Below are positions 26,301 through 39,199 of a stretch of 64,000 nt of DNA, one piece after another; position 1 is the first letter of the stretch, and the number at the start of each line of letters is the position of its first letter. Made by a program: the position numbers and the translations under genes. This DNA comes from Vicugna vicugna (taxonomy: Eukaryota): NCBI GenBank assembly GCA_013265495.1, contig MU057724.1:1255102-1319101 (forward strand), in the 5' to 3' direction. Under the pieces are notes generated by a model, which saw only the letters and a list, made by a program, of their open reading frames with translations, did not search any database and was not told where the DNA came from.

Positions 26301-29010
26301 TTTTCAATATAAACGCTGGTGAGAATTACAGCCAGTGGATTTCTCCAGGGCGGCTTCATTTGAAACACCACATGGGAGTTCACCTACCCTCCATGGACGC
26401 TCATTCTTCTAAAATCTCTGACTGAGCATAAACCAACTCAGCTTCATATCTCAAGTGACCAGCCTGTAGGCTTCAGAAATGGGCATTCGTTGTCTTTGAC
26501 TCATTGAAAGAGACAGAGCTTGAGTTCCCTGGTACCCAGCCACTGCCCTGGGGCCACGCCAGATCCGTAAGATTCCAGGCGGCCTCTGACACGAGGCGGC
26601 TTTGGACCAGAGGGGTTGATGTCCTGGCACCCACTGTGTTTAACACATTGTCATGATCTGTTTACTCTTCCCTTAAAGTGTCTGTGGATTGAGACGAAGG
26701 CTCACGTGGTTTTCAGAGGCCTGGAATGAGGAGGTCTGAAGGAGGGAACAGGAGGGTTCCCCAAAGAGTCTTTTTGGTTTTTGCTTTTGTCATTTGGGGA
26801 CCAGGTAGCAGGATGTCCTTTGGGACTCTTCCAAGTAGAGAAGGAGACTTGAGAGACATCTGAGAAAACAAAATCAAAAGGCAATAAGTTGATAATTTGC
26901 TAAGGGCCATCCTTCTGTATTCTCAGTAATTTCCATGCAAATAAGATGAGGACACACTCGGTTTCCAGATAAAGTGCCTGCGTCTCATAAAGTCATGCAT
27001 TCTGCCCAGTTCATTAAATACCTGAATGGCTTTTATAACTGTCAGGTCTCCACCAGTTTTGTGTGTGATAAATTCCTCTGAAGACTGAGATTGGAAGTAG
27101 CAAAGTGAATGTATTTTCCTTCAGGTATTTAGCAACATATAAGGCATATTGTTTTCTCCTCGGTCATCTAACGCATAACATTTGAGACACACGGCTCTGC
27201 TCTCGAGTATCTGAAATGACCGGGCTTGCAGAGGAGCCACTGCTCCCCGGGGCCGGACAGCCGCGCTTCTCCTGTACGGACTTCGGGCTCGGAGGAGACG
27301 CTGGCGGAACCTGCCCTGGTGGCCGGGCCATGGTGCCTGTGTCTCAGGGTGTTCATGTTGTGCTCAGCGTGCACCCCAGGGGGACGGCACTTAAAAGTCA
27401 AAATAACACATTTAAGTGACTTCCATGATAGGATGAGATGACAGAGTGTGGAAGGAAAGGGTACAGGCAGTTCAGATAGTGACTTCTTAGTTCTGTGTTG
27501 TGCCCACAGGTTGGGATAAAATGCACAAACACACACACTTACAACTGTGTCTGAGGTTGCACATCCCATGTGGTGTCGCCACACCCCGCTTTGTTTTTCA
27601 GACATTGGCAGTTCGTTTTGTATAAGATGATCTGACACAGAATTCTGCAAAAATAAGGAAACATGATCTCTCTCCTTTCCTTCAACGATTCTCCTTAAAT
27701 TGGGTGCACTGTTTACAAACTAGACACTCGTGTCGCTGTGGTGTTGATGTTGTGGATTCAGAGTAAATACGTGCATTGCTTCTTGCAGGCTGCTGTGGGC
27801 GCGCAGTGTTGCCACCGCACCTCGCCTGACTCCGTGGGCTCTGGTCCCTTTGACAGCACACTGTTTCGCGCCCTTGTGGGGCTGGCTTGGTGCAGGTGAT
27901 TCACTGTGTGTCATCGGGCCCCCACTCCCCCTGCGGGTGCTTCTGAGGAGTGGAGGGCCTCTCGCAGGTCCGGCCCCGCACCGCGGCGTGGTGGGGGCTG
28001 CCTGTCCCACAGGGGGCGGCCGGCCCTCCCTGGGGAGGCCCCGGGCTTCCCAGTCAGCTCCGCTTCTCCCGTCTGCCTTTCGGAGTCGCACCGCCGTCGT
28101 CTCGCGCTTTCCTCGGTGTTTGCTAGTTGCACTTACTGGGTGAGAGAACTTTACCACATCTCACAGGGACCAGAAGTCACTCTCAGTCATTTTGACAGTC
28201 AATTCTTGAACGACCTAATGACGAACCCTTTTTCTGTGTTTAATGACAAATTACGCTCATGTGATTGTTACCTGCTTCGCTGTGTTCTTAACTCTCCTCT
28301 TAGTTTGTGAGATAATTATGGCTATGCTTAGATCTTCTCCAGCTATGTTTGCTGCAAGTGACCCTCAGCTCCTTGACCTTTTAGTATTGCTTGCATTGGT
28401 CTTGGTGTAATATTTTGAGAAACTAGCATCTTTTAACTGGAAGAAATAGACCCAGTAATTCCATAATTTGGAAAGTTTTGCGACTCTGATAATAAGGGTC
28501 TCCCTCATTGCTCTAAACTTTCAGGGAAAGGAAAAGAAAATAAGCCATGGTGTCATGGGGAAATAACATCTGTTTATTGTTTGCAAAACGGTTTGAGTGA
28601 GTTGGAATGATTTAATTAATTAGAATTAGCACCCTGGTCGACAGCTACGGGACCATTCATTTGTACGTCTCCAAACAATACATCACGGATACTCAATAAA
28701 TATTTATTAAATCAGTAAATGCAGTGGTTTGAGCAGTGCATCTTTCTGTAGACTGAACACAGACCATAGAGCCTCAAGAGAGGCTCAGTGCACGTGCGTG
28801 GACGATGACGACGTTGTGAGTGAACAGGGACTACGGTGGTGGGAAGAGGGCAGTGGCGGGCTGGTTCCTGCAGCATGAGAGAGCCTGTCCCCTCTGTCTT
28901 CCACGAAGAGCTTTGACCACTAGGAAAAACTGTGAGAGGTGGAAAAAACAACCAGTTATTTCAAGGATTTTCAATAATATACAAATTTTTGGCAGGCATA
29001 CTGATAATGA

Positions 29011-29052
<42 letters not shown>
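29011..29052. repeat. (GAT)14 trinucleotide microsatellite
   Basis: 14 perfect GAT units counted directly. Confidence 0.96.
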
Positions 29053-29053
<1 letters not shown>

Positions 29054-29066
29054 ATTTTTGCATTAG

Positions 29067-29169
29067 GTTCAAGTTCTTCGAAATGCTGGAGAAGAAGTGA
29101 CCCTAACGGTCTCATTTCTGAAAAGAGCACCTGCTTTCCTCAAGCTCCCACTGAACGAAGACTGTGCGT
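29067..29169 (+). CDS. SNTG1: SNTG1 coding exon (103 nt), PDZ end: VQVLRNAGEEVTLTVSFLKRAPAFLKLPLNEDCA
   Basis: tttttgcattag acceptor, gtaagc donor; phase 0-1. Confidence 0.96.
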
Positions 29170-29714
29170 GTAAGCATTTGTGAAGAGCAGGTGAAATGCT
29201 CTCATTGTCATATTTACCTCCTAGACCATTATTTCATGACAGCAGTTAGTAATTCCTTTTTAAAGCTGGGATTTTTGCCTGAATACAAACTTTAAAAGGA
29301 AAATATTGCAAAGCATTCTATTAGCCCTTCTGCAAAGGGAACAGATGTTGCTTTTTGTTTCAGAATGTATTCACGTTTAGTTGTTTTCCAGCCTATAAGT
29401 GGGGAAGTGTTTTTATCTTAAAAATAAATATCATGTCAAATATATGCATTTTGTATCTCTATTAAATTTCATTCATAATATTTGATGAATGTGTATTCTC
29501 TAAGTAGAAAAGAATATACTCTGATTTGGCTACTGAACTGAATAAATAAACATTTACACTTAATTTGTCCTGATGAGAATGCGGGGATTGAAGGAAGCAC
29601 CAGTCTATGTGGAAGTGTAACAGTTTCCATAAGCGCCACTCAAAGATTTCTGTATCTTCTTGCATATTGTGAAATGAAATGCATATTATCTGATACTTTT
29701 TGCTATCAGAGAAG

Positions 29715-32615
29715 AGTGTGTTTCTAACTGAGGCACAGTTTACATGCAATGAAATGCAGAGACCTTAAATGCACGGTTGGATCAGTTCTGACAAAGGCAC
29801 ACATTTGCTTAGTCCTTTAGATCACAGAACAGCTCCGCTGTGCCTCTTCCAGTGAATAACTTTCCAGAAGCGTCCATTGACTTAATTTCTTATCATCATG
29901 TGTTATTTTTGCTTCTCCTAGAACTTTATGTAATGCAAGCAGACTGTACTTATTCCTTTCTGTCTGGCTTCTTTCACTGTGAACAGTCCCTTGTGTTGCA
30001 TATTCAGTGGTTTACATCGCTGTGCAATACGAGTGGAGTGTGATAACACAGCGTCCTGTCCACAGGCAACAGGATGCGTCCAGTCTTCTGCTGTTATAAA
30101 TAAATCTGCTATAAACATTCTCGTGCAAGGATTTTGGAAGTCTTAATATTTTATGTCACTACTATTAAGTGCTATAGGAGTGGAATTGAACAGGATAGAT
30201 GTACAATTAACTTGCTAACAAACTGCCAAACCTCTTTCTAAAATGGGCGTGTATGTGAACGTATGCCAAACGCTGTCCGCTCCAGCATGGCTGGCGGCTC
30301 TGCCTGCTCCACGCTTATTCCGATACTTGATGGTCAGAGTTTTTTTTTTTAACTGTTCCCTTGAGCGTGTTGTGGTATCAGATTGCAGTTTTGATTTGCG
30401 TTTCCCCAAAGACTAATGATGATTACCTCCCAATGTACCATTTCAGCATCTTTACTGTCTGTTTGCATATCTTATTCTGTAATGTGTCTGGTCAAGTCTT
30501 TGGCCCAGTTTTTAATTGGGATGTTTTTATATTGTCACAGTGCAGGAGCGTACAAGCCTGTTTCTAAGTCTCTCGTTAGCTACACGTGTTACAGACGTGT
30601 CGCTCAATCTGTGTATGGCTGTCTGCTTTCCCTAAAGGAGTCTCCAACTTGCAGAACTTTCTAATTTTGAAAAAGTCTAAATTACCATTTTGTTGTTGTT
30701 GTTTTTGTTGTGTGTGCTTACTGCTTTTTGGTTCTGAGGTAGGAGTCAGGAATGAAGGAATCACCGTCTTATTTCCGTGAACTTGTGTCTCTCTCCGTTC
30801 ACCTAAACCACACTATTGATTGTTGTGCTGTATAATACTTCCAGTGCTCACCCAGGGTAGGCTGGTCGGCTTTCCAATATTTCAAGCTTGTTTGGTTTTT
30901 CTAGATCCTTTGCATTACTCACACATTTTGTAAACAGCATGTCAGAATTTCTATTATAAGAATACTATCATGATTTTGAATAGGACTAAACTGACTTGAT
31001 AGGCAATTTAGAGAATTAACTCCTTGACAACTTTAAATCTTTTAATCCACAAACATAATATCACTTTCCATTTAGTTATGTGTTAATTTTTCTCAACAAT
31101 ATTTTAATGTTTTCAATGGTAGAATACTACATATCTCTCATTAAATTTATTTTCATCATTTTATGTTTTTCAATTTATTGTAAATAATATTTTAAAGATT
31201 TAATTTTCTAATTATCTGCTGCTAACACATAGAAATGCATTTATATACTCTGGCATTCTGCAACGTAGCTTAATTTTCATATTAATTCTAGTAAGATTTT
31301 TTACTTTCTTTAAATTTTTCTATATATAAAATTATGTCATCTGCAAATAATAAATTTTGCTAATTTCTTTCCAACCTATATTTCTTTAATTTTTTTTTTT
31401 CCTTGGTTTTGCCTGTTGTCATGGCTGGGACCTCCAGTGAGATGCTGAATGAAGTATTGACAGCAGGTGTCCTTCTCATTCTCAGGATAGTGGAGGGAAC
31501 TTCTAGGCTTTTACCATTAAATGTGGCACCAGCTGTTGGTGTTCACAGATACACTTTATTAGAATAGAAGGTGCCCTTCTGTTCCCAGGTTCCTGAGGAC
31601 TTTACTTTTTCTTTTTCAAAATAGAAGTTAAAGTGGAATTCCCTCAGTGTTTTTTTATCCATTGAGGTATTGCATTTTTTCTTTTTTCACTCTGTTGATA
31701 TGGTGCCCTTTTAAAAATGGATTTTGAATGCCAAATCCAGCTTGCATTCCTAGGGTAAACACCACAGTCATGAAGCATTATGGTTTTTAAAAATATATCA
31801 CAGCTTCTAATTTGCTAATGTATTTTTAATTTTAAAAAAAAGTCTATGGTCATGAAAGACAACCAGACGTGCCTGTCTTTCCCTGAATGCTGTGGTGGGA
31901 ATTGGGTGCCAGGGTTACTACATCTTCACGTTAAGTTGTGAAGAGGTGACTCCGCCTCTATTTCCAGAAAGAAGCTGTTTAACAGTGAGAGTATCTCTTC
32001 CTTAAATGACTGGATAAGTTCACCAGAGACACAGTCCAATCCTAGAAGCATCATTTTTGTTCATATGAATTAATCTGTCGAGTGAATATAGGGCTTTTTT
32101 GATATTCTCTTTTCTTTTTTTGTAAATTTTGATAAGGTTTTTTTCAATGTTTTTGTTCATTTCAACTAAGTTGTCAGTGTCTTTGCATGAAGTCAGTCAC
32201 ATCTTTCTGTTACCCTTTGACTATCTGCTGATTTGCAGTGACACCTCTGCCTTCACTGCTGATACTAGTAACCTGTGTTTTCTCTCTTTTACTGTGTCAT
32301 TTTTGCTATAGGTTTTATTAATTGTTTCAAAGAACCCATTTTTGTCATGGTTAATTTTGTCTATTATTTTCAGTGGCCTATTTCATTGCTTTTCACTTGT
32401 ATTTTTATTATGTTCTGTTTTCTATTTACCTTGTGTCAGTTTGGCTTCCATTTCTAACATCTTAAGATCCAAGCACAGATCACTGAGTTTACACATACCT
32501 TCTTTTTGTGCATATATTTAAGTTTTTAAATTTCATTCAAAGAACTACTGTAGATGCATTACAGAATTTGATATGCTACGTTTTTGTTTTATTCAGTTCA
32601 AAATACATTTTAAAG
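29715..32615 (-). mobile_element. Old LINE-1 (L1MC/ME-like) 3'UTR and ORF2, antisense
   Basis: 'aatctgctataaacattctcgtgcaag', 'attatgtcatctgcaaataat', 'tttttattcagttcaaaatacatttt'. Confidence 0.78.
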
Positions 32616-33634
32616 TAACATGTGGTTGCATTAAAAATATCTCATAAGAGAGAAATGCAGATAAACATCAAAAGAAAAATATCTAAAACAAACTGAAATT
32701 CTTAAGATTTAAAAAACATAAAAACTATATCCATGCTGGTAAAGCAAGAATGCCCGTTTCCCTTCTCAGCACCAGGCAAACTAAGTTTAAGAGTCATAAA
32801 GGAGGAGAGCAAGGTCACTGTTCTTGAGCACGTGGGTCACTGTGTTAGGAGTCTGCCCTTTAATGACGTTTGCATGTAAGTATAATACGTCAAATAAAAG
32901 TTGGGAGTGAGATTCATTAATAGCTCATGTTTATCCACATTAGCAATTCCAAAAAATAAAATGTTTTCAAAAAATGCAATGAATCAGAAATCAAGAAATA
33001 TGCACTCTAATCCTGACTGTAGCAATTACTAAACTCTAAATATCTTAGAAAGTCACAAATCTTTAGGATATATATTTACTTATTTTTAAAACATAGACAT
33101 TGGCAGGTTTCTCATGAGGATCTAATATGAAGTGTCTTAACCGCAGATTCACAAAATTAAATCATGTCAATGAAACACTTCCCGTTACAGTGTGTGCCAA
33201 GAGCCCTTAGAAGGACAGAAGTCTCACAGGCTTTTTTTTCCACAAACATTTTTTGCATGATGGAAAAGTTCAGGACCTAAATATGGAATTTGCTGGTAGA
33301 TTAATCCATGGCATTAAATAGAACTTTGTAGACAAAACCCTGCACTGCTGAATGGACGGCTCGTAAGGGCGGGCCCTGCTCGATAATGAGGTGAAATAGT
33401 GCTTTTATTCGGCTTCGTTTCCCTTAATGAAGCCTTAATATCTCGGGGGTCAAAGGTAACTACTTGCGGGTCTCCTGCAGGGGCCCGCTTTAGGTTTTAA
33501 TGTTTTTTTTTGGTGTAAGTGACATACATGACTCCCTGGCCATTGAGTGTATGAAGCAGACAGTGTAGACGGTGTGAGTCTGGCACAGGCAGGCGTTCTA
33601 ACCAGTGGTGCCTCTGTGACTCTGTCTCCTGCAG

Positions 33635-33717
33635 GTGCTCCCAGCGACCAGAGCAGCGGCACGTCCTCACCTCTTTGTGACAGCGGTTTGCACCTCAACT
33701 ACCACCCCAACAACACA
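33635..33717 (+). CDS. SNTG1: SNTG1 coding exon (83 nt): (C)APSDQSSGTSSPLCDSGLHLNYHPNNT
   Basis: ctctgtctcctgcag acceptor, gtaaga donor; phase 1-0; seen within ORF 33547..33747. Confidence 0.96.
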
Positions 33718-36467
33718 GTAAGATGGCCAAGGCGCAGACCCCGTTAATAAGGAGGGAGCTTGGGGAAGGTCTAGGGAGAATACGTGTAGCGTCAGTGCGC
33801 AAAAACTGCTGTGAAGTCCAGTTTCTCTGATATGTTTGAAATCCGTGGTTGCTTCATGATTTAAGGATCACGATAATCCAGGGAGGAAAAACACGAGTAG
33901 GTCGGTTACTTTTTTGATGTCACTTTTCTCTTCTCAGGTCTGTATGAAGCCCTCTGTGAGCTACAGAAACTTACCTTTGGGACACCACGTGTCACATCAT
34001 ATAGTCACCTAATAACATTGCATATTATATGTGGTTGCATGTTCTATGTCATTTGACATAACTTTCATCATTTTTTCTTTTGAAATTATTTTGCTATAAG
34101 TAGCTATGTAATTTGCCACACATTAGGATTTCTTAGCACCCTTCATGCACACCAGGGAATTAATGCAAAGTGGGGAGACCTAACCTACACATTACATGAG
34201 ATGTGAGGAACGTTAAACTATGCATGTATTTAATAATTGATAAAATTGACTTGTTTGTTTTATATCCATTTAATAAAGTGTCCATTTTGATTTTCCACCT
34301 GTATTTGGGAGTAAGCAGGTTTTTCTTTTTTCTTTCATAATAGATTTTTGAAACTCCTTGTATCTCACTCTTCAGAACATTCCCACGTTCTGAAGACAAA
34401 CGATTCTGCCTGGTTAAACGTGAGGCTCACAGCATCCCCTGTGCTCACTTTATGCGGAATTTTTGTTTACTGTTCCACGTGTTAGGCTGTGTGAGACACG
34501 TAGCTTTTTCTTCTGACATGGACAGTTCACTCTCCACTGGGAATCCTTGCCCTCGCTGTGGCATTTTTCTTCCAAGCCCTCCTCTTGGGCACCTCCAGGC
34601 CCTCGTGGAGCCATCGTGCTGAACCGCACCAGCACCCATCGCGGCTGAAGGCCTCCGGGCCCCACGTCTCTCCCGTTTGGTTGGTTTAGCTCCTGCAGGG
34701 GAACCCTGGGCACCACCGAGGGTCATCTGTGCAGGTGTAGACCCGCCACACTGGGGGCACTTCATCTGGCTGCCTCTTTTACTTTGTTACCAGAGAAATC
34801 GTCCCACGAGGGAGGCTGTTTACAATGCGGATCTTCAGAAGACGGGGATCTGAGTAACTTAGCGGCTGCTTTCCTGGTGGGGAAACGGCTAGACACGCCC
34901 TGGGCCCTGCAGCACTCCAGGGCCCGCGAGGGGCAGAGGGGGCCGCTCCGGCCTTAGTGATGGGGCGACTTGGTCGGTTCTGGCCCTGGGGCCTCGTCGG
35001 TTTGCCCTCGTGGGTCACACAGGGTCGCTGTTTCTCCAGGTGCCCTCCTGCAGAAAAGACAGGGGCGCAGGGGCTGAGCGCTCGGAAGCGCCTCACTTCC
35101 CTTCTGTGAGAGGGGCCCGTGACGGCCTGTCTCTGGGACAGGTGCGGGGAGGCCGGGGCATCGCAGGACCCTGCCTGGGACTCGTGGGCTGGGGGAGTGG
35201 CCTTTCTGCACCCGGGGGTCTCACTCTGCTCGGGAGCCTGAGCCCTGACAGCCCTGCTGAGCTGTCACCACCGCCTGTGTCACGTCATGTGACGTGAAGG
35301 CCGGGGGAGAGGAGGACGGCTCCTGTGGCCCCTGGTCTGGCCCCTGGGGTGGCCCCACGAGCATGTCTTACACGGTGGGGGGGGCGTCCTGGGGACCAGC
35401 CACGGCCCCTCACCACCATCGGAGTCAGGCCTCCCTCTGGCTGTGGGACGTGGCTGAGGACTTGGCCAACCCTCACGGGCACTGTGGTTGACAGTTACCA
35501 TAAAGAACACTCCACCTTTAGCAAAAAATACGTAACAGTTTTTCCCCTAAGCAATTTTGAAGAAATTAATACCTGAAAGAGGCTAAAAATGTTACGCTCA
35601 CAGGGCTTCAGCACCTGCACTAGAGCAGGGTCTCCTCCAGCCTCAGGACTCGGGCACGGTGGGGTCTGGCAGCAGGGGAGCCGGCGCCGGGGCCCCAGGC
35701 CGGACGGAGCCTGGCTCTCACAGCTCCTGCGCCGTGTCGGCGTCCTTCCCTGTGTGCCACTCGTGAGCAAGTTTAGCAATGAAGCTGGGATCGTGAAAGA
35801 AGGGTAGATTCACATCAAGTGAAAAGCTCAGATTTTATTCAAATACATGTCTTCTCTACGCATAAGGAGAAAATACCCACACTTTTAATGACACCTAAAA
35901 TACATGTAATCTTAAACCTGTAGAAAACAACATAAGGAAATACAAACGTGTGAGCATGAGGGTTAAACAGTGGACAGAGGTTTCCTTGAGTTGAGCTGGG
36001 GAGCTGTTTTAGGGGAATGCTCATTCTACTCAAAAATCTCTCTAAGTAACTGATGGATCACAAGGCCTTCTAACAACGTTTAATGCTGAGCAGATAGGAA
36101 CCATTTGCTTAACTGAATGGACTATGATTATTTGACTTTTGTCACCAGCTAGTTCTTTGCAGTTAGTTTCGCCCCACCTTTCCATCCTTGAGTGAATTCA
36201 GTTGTCACGGTTTTATTTTTTTCTTCCTCCTCCTCACCCCATTTTTTCGTGTTTTCAGTTTGGTTCTTGAGCTCAGTGTGTCCCTCCTCACTTTCTCGTA
36301 GAATTCCGTGGATAGAGAAATTAACACAAGTAACTTCACTGTCAGTGAACATGAACGTCTTGTGGTATTTTATCCGCGTCTTGTGATGGTTTAGGGATAG
36401 GCGTCCCTCAGATGAGGAGGGCTTGTGACGTGGAGCCCACGGCACTGAAGGCTCCTTTCCTTTTCAG

Positions 36468-36598
36468 GACACGTTATCCTGCTCCTCGTGGCCCGCGTGC
36501 CCCGGGCTGAGGTGGGAAAAGCGATGGTGCGACCTCAGACTGATCCCTCTGCTGCACTCCCGCTTCTCCCAGTACGCGCCGGGGACGGACCTGAGCCG
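36468..36598 (+). CDS. SNTG1: SNTG1 coding exon (131 nt): DTLSCSSWPACPGLRWEKRWCDLRLIPLLHSRFSQYAPGTDLS(R)
   Basis: cctttccttttcag acceptor, gtgagt donor; phase 0-2. Confidence 0.96.
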
Positions 36599-37039
36599 GT
36601 GAGTCCCGCGGGCGGCTCTCCCTAGCCGTGCGCCCCCAGGAGCAGGCCACACGCGTCAGCGCGGGCGGCCGAGGCGTCGCCCGGCGCTGTCCTCTTTGTT
36701 CCCGCTGTCTGGTGTAACTTCGTGTCGAGCGGTTTCGCTCCTTTGGTATTTCCCGAGACTTGGTTTCACTCAGTATTGAACTAATTTTAGGAAATGTTCC
36801 ACGTGCACTTCAGAGAGTGTGCAGTGTCCACACAGTGCAGCCCGGTCACGTTTTTCATTGGAGATTGTGATCCTCTAATAACTAGTAGTGTGGCTGCTTC
36901 TCGTTGAAAACTCCACCCCCTGAAGGCCGTCTGGGCGGCCCCAGGGGTTGGTTTTTCCAGGCAGAGCTGCTGTGGGCACTTGGGTGTGGGCTTCCGGGCG
37001 AAGAGGCATTCTCACTCCCTTGGGCGCGAGCTCGGAGCG

Positions 37040-37470
37040 CAGCTGGCCGCACGGCAGCAGCGTGCCTAGTTTGCCGAGGGGCAGCCGAGGGTTTGCGGGG
37101 GGCGAGCGGGCGCCGGCCGGGCCTCCGCGGCTCTGCCGGGACTCGGTGTTGCCGTCTCCCGTTTCGCCGCTCCTGCAGGCACAGTGCAGGTAGGATTCAC
37201 CGCCGCGGCCTGAATGTGCACATCCCGGTGCTGCTGGGCGTCTTGCCCTGTACTTATCCGTCGCATGGAACCCGCTTTGGTGAAATGCTGCTTTGTCTTT
37301 GGACCATTTTGTAATTGGCTTTATTTATTTGTTTTTATTTACTTTTTGACTGCTGAGATTTGACAGTTTTATATGTGTTCAAGAAAAAACTCCTTTGTGT
37401 CAAGTTTTTGTACTCTATTCTAACTTTTTTCAAATAGTTGAACATTTTGATTTTTAACATTCCCTCTGTG
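37040..37470 (-). mobile_element. Old L1 ORF2 C-terminal fragment with GC-converted left half
   Basis: Collinear by eye with L1 copies at 17760-18010 and 30230-30530. Confidence 0.55.
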
Positions 37471-37530
37471 ATGTTGTTATACATACACCCTCTTATTTTG
37501 CTTTAATTGTTGCCTGAGCATCATGCCGTA

Positions 37531-37858
37531 TGTCTCCGTCCTTCAAGCTGCTGTAACAAAACACAGCAGATGATAGCAGCAAGCAAGGAGCAGACACGTG
37601 TTCGCGCAGCCTGGGAGCCGGAAGTCCTAGACGAGGCGCCGGCGTCCTGGTGGAGCTCTTTGATCAAGACCCCGCCCTGGCTCACGCGCGCTGTCTTCTC
37701 GCTCTGCCCCCCTGTGGTGGAAGGGACCAGGGATCTCTCGGGAGCCCCTCCTGCAATCACTGATCCTGTACCCAGGGCTCCACCCTCCCGTCTTAAGCGT
37801 CCCTGAAGCTCCGCCCATCAGTCCATCACATTGGTCATCGGGGTTTCAGACCACAGCA
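37531..37858 (-). mobile_element. MLT1A/MLT1A0-like MaLR solo LTR
   Basis: tgtct...gctgctgtaacaaaa...gtcttctcgct...gggctccaccctc...ccatcacattgg...ttcagaccacagca follows the MLT1A0 reverse consensus. Confidence 0.8.
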
Positions 37859-38444
37859 CCACACAGACATGATTTATGACTGTTCAATGCAATTTACTAT
37901 TTTTGTCTTTTTCAGAAAATGCTAGAAACTTAGAACACTTTAGCTAACTCCTTTCTTTCCTGTCCTTGGGCCTATTTCTGATGAGCTCTGATTCATGTGT
38001 GCAGCCTAAGTTCCTGAAGATATTTTATTATCATAGCGTAACTATTCCTCAGCAGTGACCCACCTTTAACCTTTCTTTTGTTCGTCTTTATTTGTTTTGG
38101 TTCTATTTTTCTTTTGCCTTAAGAACTTTTTAAAAATATTTCTATTAATGGCATTTTTAAATGTATGAATTTGTTTTGTTTTGTTTTTACTTTTAAAAAT
38201 GTATGTAGTTGCATGGAGTAGAAGTGTTCAGCTTAAGCAATTGACGAGAAAAAAGAATTTCCATGAGTGCAGATGAATTCTGACATTTTTACTTTTATGG
38301 CACCCCAGCACAATTGAATTAATTACACTCGATAAACATGACAGTAATAATCAGTTACAGACCCAGCACTGTTCTGAGTGGATTGCACAGCAGTTCACAT
38401 TCAAGAGCTAACTTATTCTTCACTCATTGCCTAAAAAAATATTT

Positions 38445-38660
38445 TTTAACATTTTTTTAATTGAGTTTAGTCATTTTACAAAGTTGTGTCAAATTCCAGT
38501 ATAAAGCACAATTTTTCAATTATACATGGACATACACATATTCATTGTCCCTTTTTTTGCTGTGAGCTACCACAAGATCTTGTATATATTTCCCTGTGCT
38601 ATACAGTATAATCTTGTTTATCTGTTCTGCATATGCCTGTCAGTATCTACAAATTTTGGA
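38445..38660 (-). mobile_element. Lineage-specific L1 3' end inserted in a MIR-like element
   Basis: 'ttttttaattgagtttagtcattttaca...ttccctgtgctatacagtataatcttg'; degenerate TSD ctaaaaaaatatt (38431) / ctcaataaatatt (38661). Confidence 0.8.
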
Positions 38661-39199
38661 CTCAATAAATATTGCTTTAGTATCTGTACGTGGGAAGTGT
38701 TGAGGTTGAGGGACAAAGCTGCCATGTTCATTTTCCACCCAGAGAAATCAGAGGTCAGAGAGTGGCATGAACTTAAGTTCTGTGCAGTCACCTTACAGAC
38801 AGTGAACAGAGTGGGAGGGACGTGCAGGGCTTGTGTGGGGATGATGAGTCGCCAAAATTCAAATCGGGAGATGAACTGGTGATTCCGCTTTGGGAGACAG
38901 GTAACGAAATGTGGAAGAGCTTCTGACGAACCTCAGCCAATGGTGGCGGTTTTGAGCCAGGAGCCGGGACGGACCGTGCATCAGGCAGAGAGCACACCGA
39001 GGTGGCCCCACGGCGGAGACGCCCCTGAACTTGCTGCTGGTGGACTGAGCTCAGTGTGAAACAGAGCAAATGGCTGGAATCACTGGCCCCACGGTCTCCT
39101 TTCATTTTGCCCTTTGCTTCATCATCTCTCCAGTAATTAATAACCAACTCAGGAAAAGTGGCTTATTTTTCAAATACTGTTTGAGTCGGTTCTCTCCAG

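Noticed and set aside
27168..28310. Long ORFs (134-160 aa), and similar ones at 11362, 21492, 36904, 48551 and 59143
   Set aside because: Low-complexity Pro/Arg/Gly/Ala-rich, overlapping on both strands, no recognisable domain; mostly a by-product of GC peaks
28820..29173. ORF with poly-Met run (poly-Ile on the opposite strand)
   Set aside because: Translation of the (GAT)14 microsatellite; overlaps the real exon in a different frame
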